The position numbers were made by a program, and so were the translations under genes. Shown one piece after another: positions 60,731 to 64,000 of a stretch of 64,000 bases of DNA (position 1 is its first letter; each line of letters starts with the position of its first letter). The DNA comes from Hydrolagus colliei (Eukaryota). Location of the stretch: the NCBI GenBank assembly GCA_035084275.1, contig CM068742.1, positions 37,386,001 to 37,450,000 of the forward strand, read 5' to 3'. The notes beneath the pieces were generated by a model, which saw only the letters and a program-made list of their open reading frames with translations, had not been told where the DNA came from and ran no database searches.

Positions 60731-61040
60731 TAATAATGATAATCCTTGCATTTGATATAGCGTTTTTCACATCTTCTAGACGTCTCAAAGCGCTTCACAG
60801 AATATAGTGTAAAGGGAATTTACTGTATATTTGTGGGCGAAACGCAGCAACCAATTGCACACTGCAGTGTCCCACAAACAGTCGTGGATTGAAATTACCA
60901 ATTTATTCTCGGTTTTTTTCGAGGGATAATTATTAGGCACGTGGAGTAAGGAAACTTGCCGAATGTTTTGCCCTGCCGGGATTTGAACCCAGGTTCTCGC
61001 TTGCAAGGCAAGTGCTATAACTCTGAGCTGCAGGACTCCA
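60731..61040 (-). mobile_element. Full-length tRNA-SINE, short subtype
   Basis: GGAGTCCTGCAGCTCAGAGTTATAGCAC...GGTTCAAATCCC (A and B boxes), body and (TTA)-like tail. Confidence 0.88.
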
Positions 61041-62209
61041 CATTTTACAGTCTTGTGGAGTATAAATACTCAAATGGCTCGCTCCTGTGCTATATCACTC
61101 TATCTATGCAACTATATGGGATACTGTAAAAATTAAGATCTTCAGTGTATTCAATTAAGAATGTGTGCTTTTTTTCCATCAAATCCCCTTTTTTTTTAAA
61201 TCAAACACTTTTGAAAAAAATTCTGTATATTTATATTTTTGAATCCCTACAAAATCAAAGCAAATAAATAACGGCAAATAAGCCTAAATAATCCTATCGC
61301 CATAATGGACACCCACCATGAAGTGCATATGGTAAACAAGAAAACCACAGAGTTTTTTTTAATAGTCAAGCAGCAAAAGATTATTTGCACAAGTACCCAT
61401 TCTAACTTAAAGGTATGAAGAAAGTTTATGCAACTGAATTTGCAATAACTAAACAATGGCTAAAATTTTAGATGCTGTATTACATTTTCACAATTTAAAT
61501 AAAAATAGTTGTGCATAGAATCCTTGCTTAAATTTCGCAACTCTCAAGATTAATTAAGTGCTCCACCTTTTCCTCAATTCATCTGCAACACTGCCACATA
61601 TATTGTAGTCTTGTATGGTTACAGCATCCACCTCCTTGGATTATCCTGTTTTGTTTGAATACATTTCCACCCTTAGAAGGCAGACAGCAAACCTGTTCCA
61701 GCATCTTCTAAACACCACGCCAATCAGTTAACAACAGTTGCATGTAAACAGTTGAGGTTTGGAAGTTACAATGCTCAGTTGTTCGTTTCTATCCTATCGT
61801 AAGGTATTTGACTTCTTGCTGGCCTAAAAAACTACGCAATTCTCAAACATAAATCCATTACGCCCAATATGCAGCACATTCATAAACCAATCTACAAATG
61901 GAAATTTTTCACTCAATTTCCCTTTGCTCATAACTGGTGTACGTGTATAGTTATTCTTTGTTTACAATGGGGTCAATAAACATTTTTAGTAATGATGATA
62001 ATCAAGAATGAATGCATTAAACCACTTTTCCTCTCTTGTTCAAAGAGGAAGCTACTTCTGAAGCTAGTTTTTGTCTTCCTAATATTTCCCATCCGAGCTC
62101 AACTAATTTGGCACAGAACAATAAACCAAACCAAGGAAATCTCCTGGTACAGTATTTAGAATTTCATAAGCAGCTACTGAAGTCATTATATTTAAATGGA
62201 ATTAGATGA

Positions 62210-62551
62210 ATAATGATAACAATAATACTTGCATTTGATAAGAGCGCTTGAAAGACTGTTGTATAAAGGCTATTTTCACACCTTTTCCACGTCTCAAAGC
62301 GCTTCACAGAATATACTGTAAAGTGAATTGACTGTATATTTGTGGGCGAAACACGGCAGCCAAATGCACCCAGCAGTGTCACACAAACTGTCATGGATTG
62401 AAATGACCAATTTATTAGTGTTTTTTGTTGAGGGATTATTATCAGGCGTGTGGAGTAAGGAAACTTGCCCACGGTTTTGCCCTGCCTGGAATTGAACCCA
62501 GGTCCCTTGCTTGTAAGGCGAGTGCTCTAACCACGGAGCTACAGGACTCCA
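62210..62551 (-). mobile_element. Full-length tRNA-SINE, short subtype
   Basis: GGAGTCCTGTAGCTCCGTGGTTAGAGCACTCGCCTTACAAGC...GGTTCAATTCC; body and tail. Confidence 0.88.
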
Positions 62552-64000
62552 CAATTACAATAAACATGTAAAGGAGAACAATATAAAAGATTACAGGGAA
62601 AGAAAACAAAACTGGAATCAGAATAATTAACTCCAGTGAAGGGCTAACAAAATCTCACTGAGTCAAATTGTTTCCTCCTACGCTATCATTTCTATGATTC
62701 TATATTGTTCGAAGCACAGCACAAAAGCAGCAAATTTAGAAACTGGTTTACATTTGTTTATTATTAAATATCCATAAATAACAAATAAAGCAGCTTTAAA
62801 AGAAACATAAACAGCATCCAATCCACTCAAAAGTTCCTCAATTAAATGCATTTGAAATGATTTCATCAAGCACTCGAAATCATTTCTAATCTGACATATG
62901 CTCTGCACTAAAACTCAAAATTCTGATTTCATTACAGTATAGATTCCAATTTATCTAAAATTGGTATCAAGAATATAGTTTTAATCTCATGAGCTGTAAT
63001 ATTGGTATTATTTCCAAAGTGATTATTTCCCATTTTCACGTATACACAATACTATTTATTTACAAATGCCCAATACAAAAAGAAACCATACAAACAAAAT
63101 GATTCAATGTGTACTAAAAGGCAGCTGATGCAATCATTGAACAGAAAAATCCATAGGTTTCCTCTGGGAAATTGTAGTCATGATCAAATCAACTAAGGCC
63201 ACATGAAAGCAGATCTTCATAGGGGAACACAATTTGATTAATTGTAGAATTTTGTCAAAGACCTGCAGTTGTCAAACAAGTACTCTCAGAAAATGAAAAT
63301 TTGCCCTCAACGCACTTCATTTCCATAATTCACATTTCCATGGTTTTAAACCCATGAGTGGAAGCTATCAGCAACTTGTAAGCAATAATTTTATAATTAA
63401 GATTGCATCTCTATTCTGACTAAAAACTCTGAGAAAACAAAAGCAGCTTGATGCCACAATTCATAATCCCAAAATTAGGCGTTACCTAGAAATGTTCTTT
63501 TCAGAAAAAAGGTACAGAAGAACAACAACTTCGATTTATATAGCGCCCTCCACGCCGGACGGCGTCTCAGAGCACTTTGAAATTGAAGCATCAGTTCAAT
63601 TTCATAAAGATTATGTTTCTATTTAAAAAAAAGAGGCAGTGCAATTATGGAAAGGAGGGACATGGAAAATTCAACTGTTTGAAAGAGGCAAATACACTAA
63701 AAGCCCAGCAAGCACGACTAATCGGGGTGGGGGCAGGGAGTTGGGAGGGATAGACAGACAAAGAGATTTGGTCCAGTGAGCCGGATCTACCATTTTAGTG
63801 TAATACAGAAATAATTATCTTTGTATTTTGTTATAGCGCCTGATTACAAGACATCTTAAAGCGCTTCACTGAATATGCTGTTAAGTGAATTGACTACAAA
63901 TTCACTCTATTGGGTCTGGCCTCCTCATTGTCCCCATAATCCTCCATTCCACTGTTGGCGGCCATGCCTTCAGTCCCTATACCCTGAGGCTCTGCAACTC

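Noticed and set aside
62480-62551. tRNA-like A/B boxes here and at 3270, 29630, 40050, 55820 and 60980 as tRNA genes
   Set aside because: No acceptor stem or full cloverleaf; each continues into the SINE body.
53150-64000. Next upstream MCC exon (CEQSHLMREHEDVQER...GTTIR)
   Set aside because: Not found by eye; the only gap lies inside a transposon, so the exon is presumably beyond the window.

Overview
Vertebrate genomic DNA, most likely a cartilaginous fish. The repeat families resemble those I recall from the elephant shark Callorhinchus milii; this is inference, not verified. The window holds the last 14 coding exons of MCC (mutated in colorectal cancer) on the minus strand, from 53149 down to the stop at 14892. 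All 13 internal introns are GT-AG, exon phases are consistent, and the spliced frame (722 aa after a split Arg codon) ends in the PDZ-binding motif ETSL. A long, nearly repeat-free 3' UTR probably runs to about 11430. The left end has a CpG-island/promoter-like segment of an unidentified gene and long C-rich low-complexity tracts. Introns contain many L2 and CR1 LINE fragments, a tRNA-derived SINE family, ancient Deu-type SINE relics, Tigger/pogo-like MITEs, and three copies of a non-autonomous hAT element with 8-bp TSDs and co-varying TIRs. Almost all long ORFs in the supplied track are low-complexity or repeat artefacts. I found no convincing novel multi-gene system; the most interesting signals are in the transposable elements.
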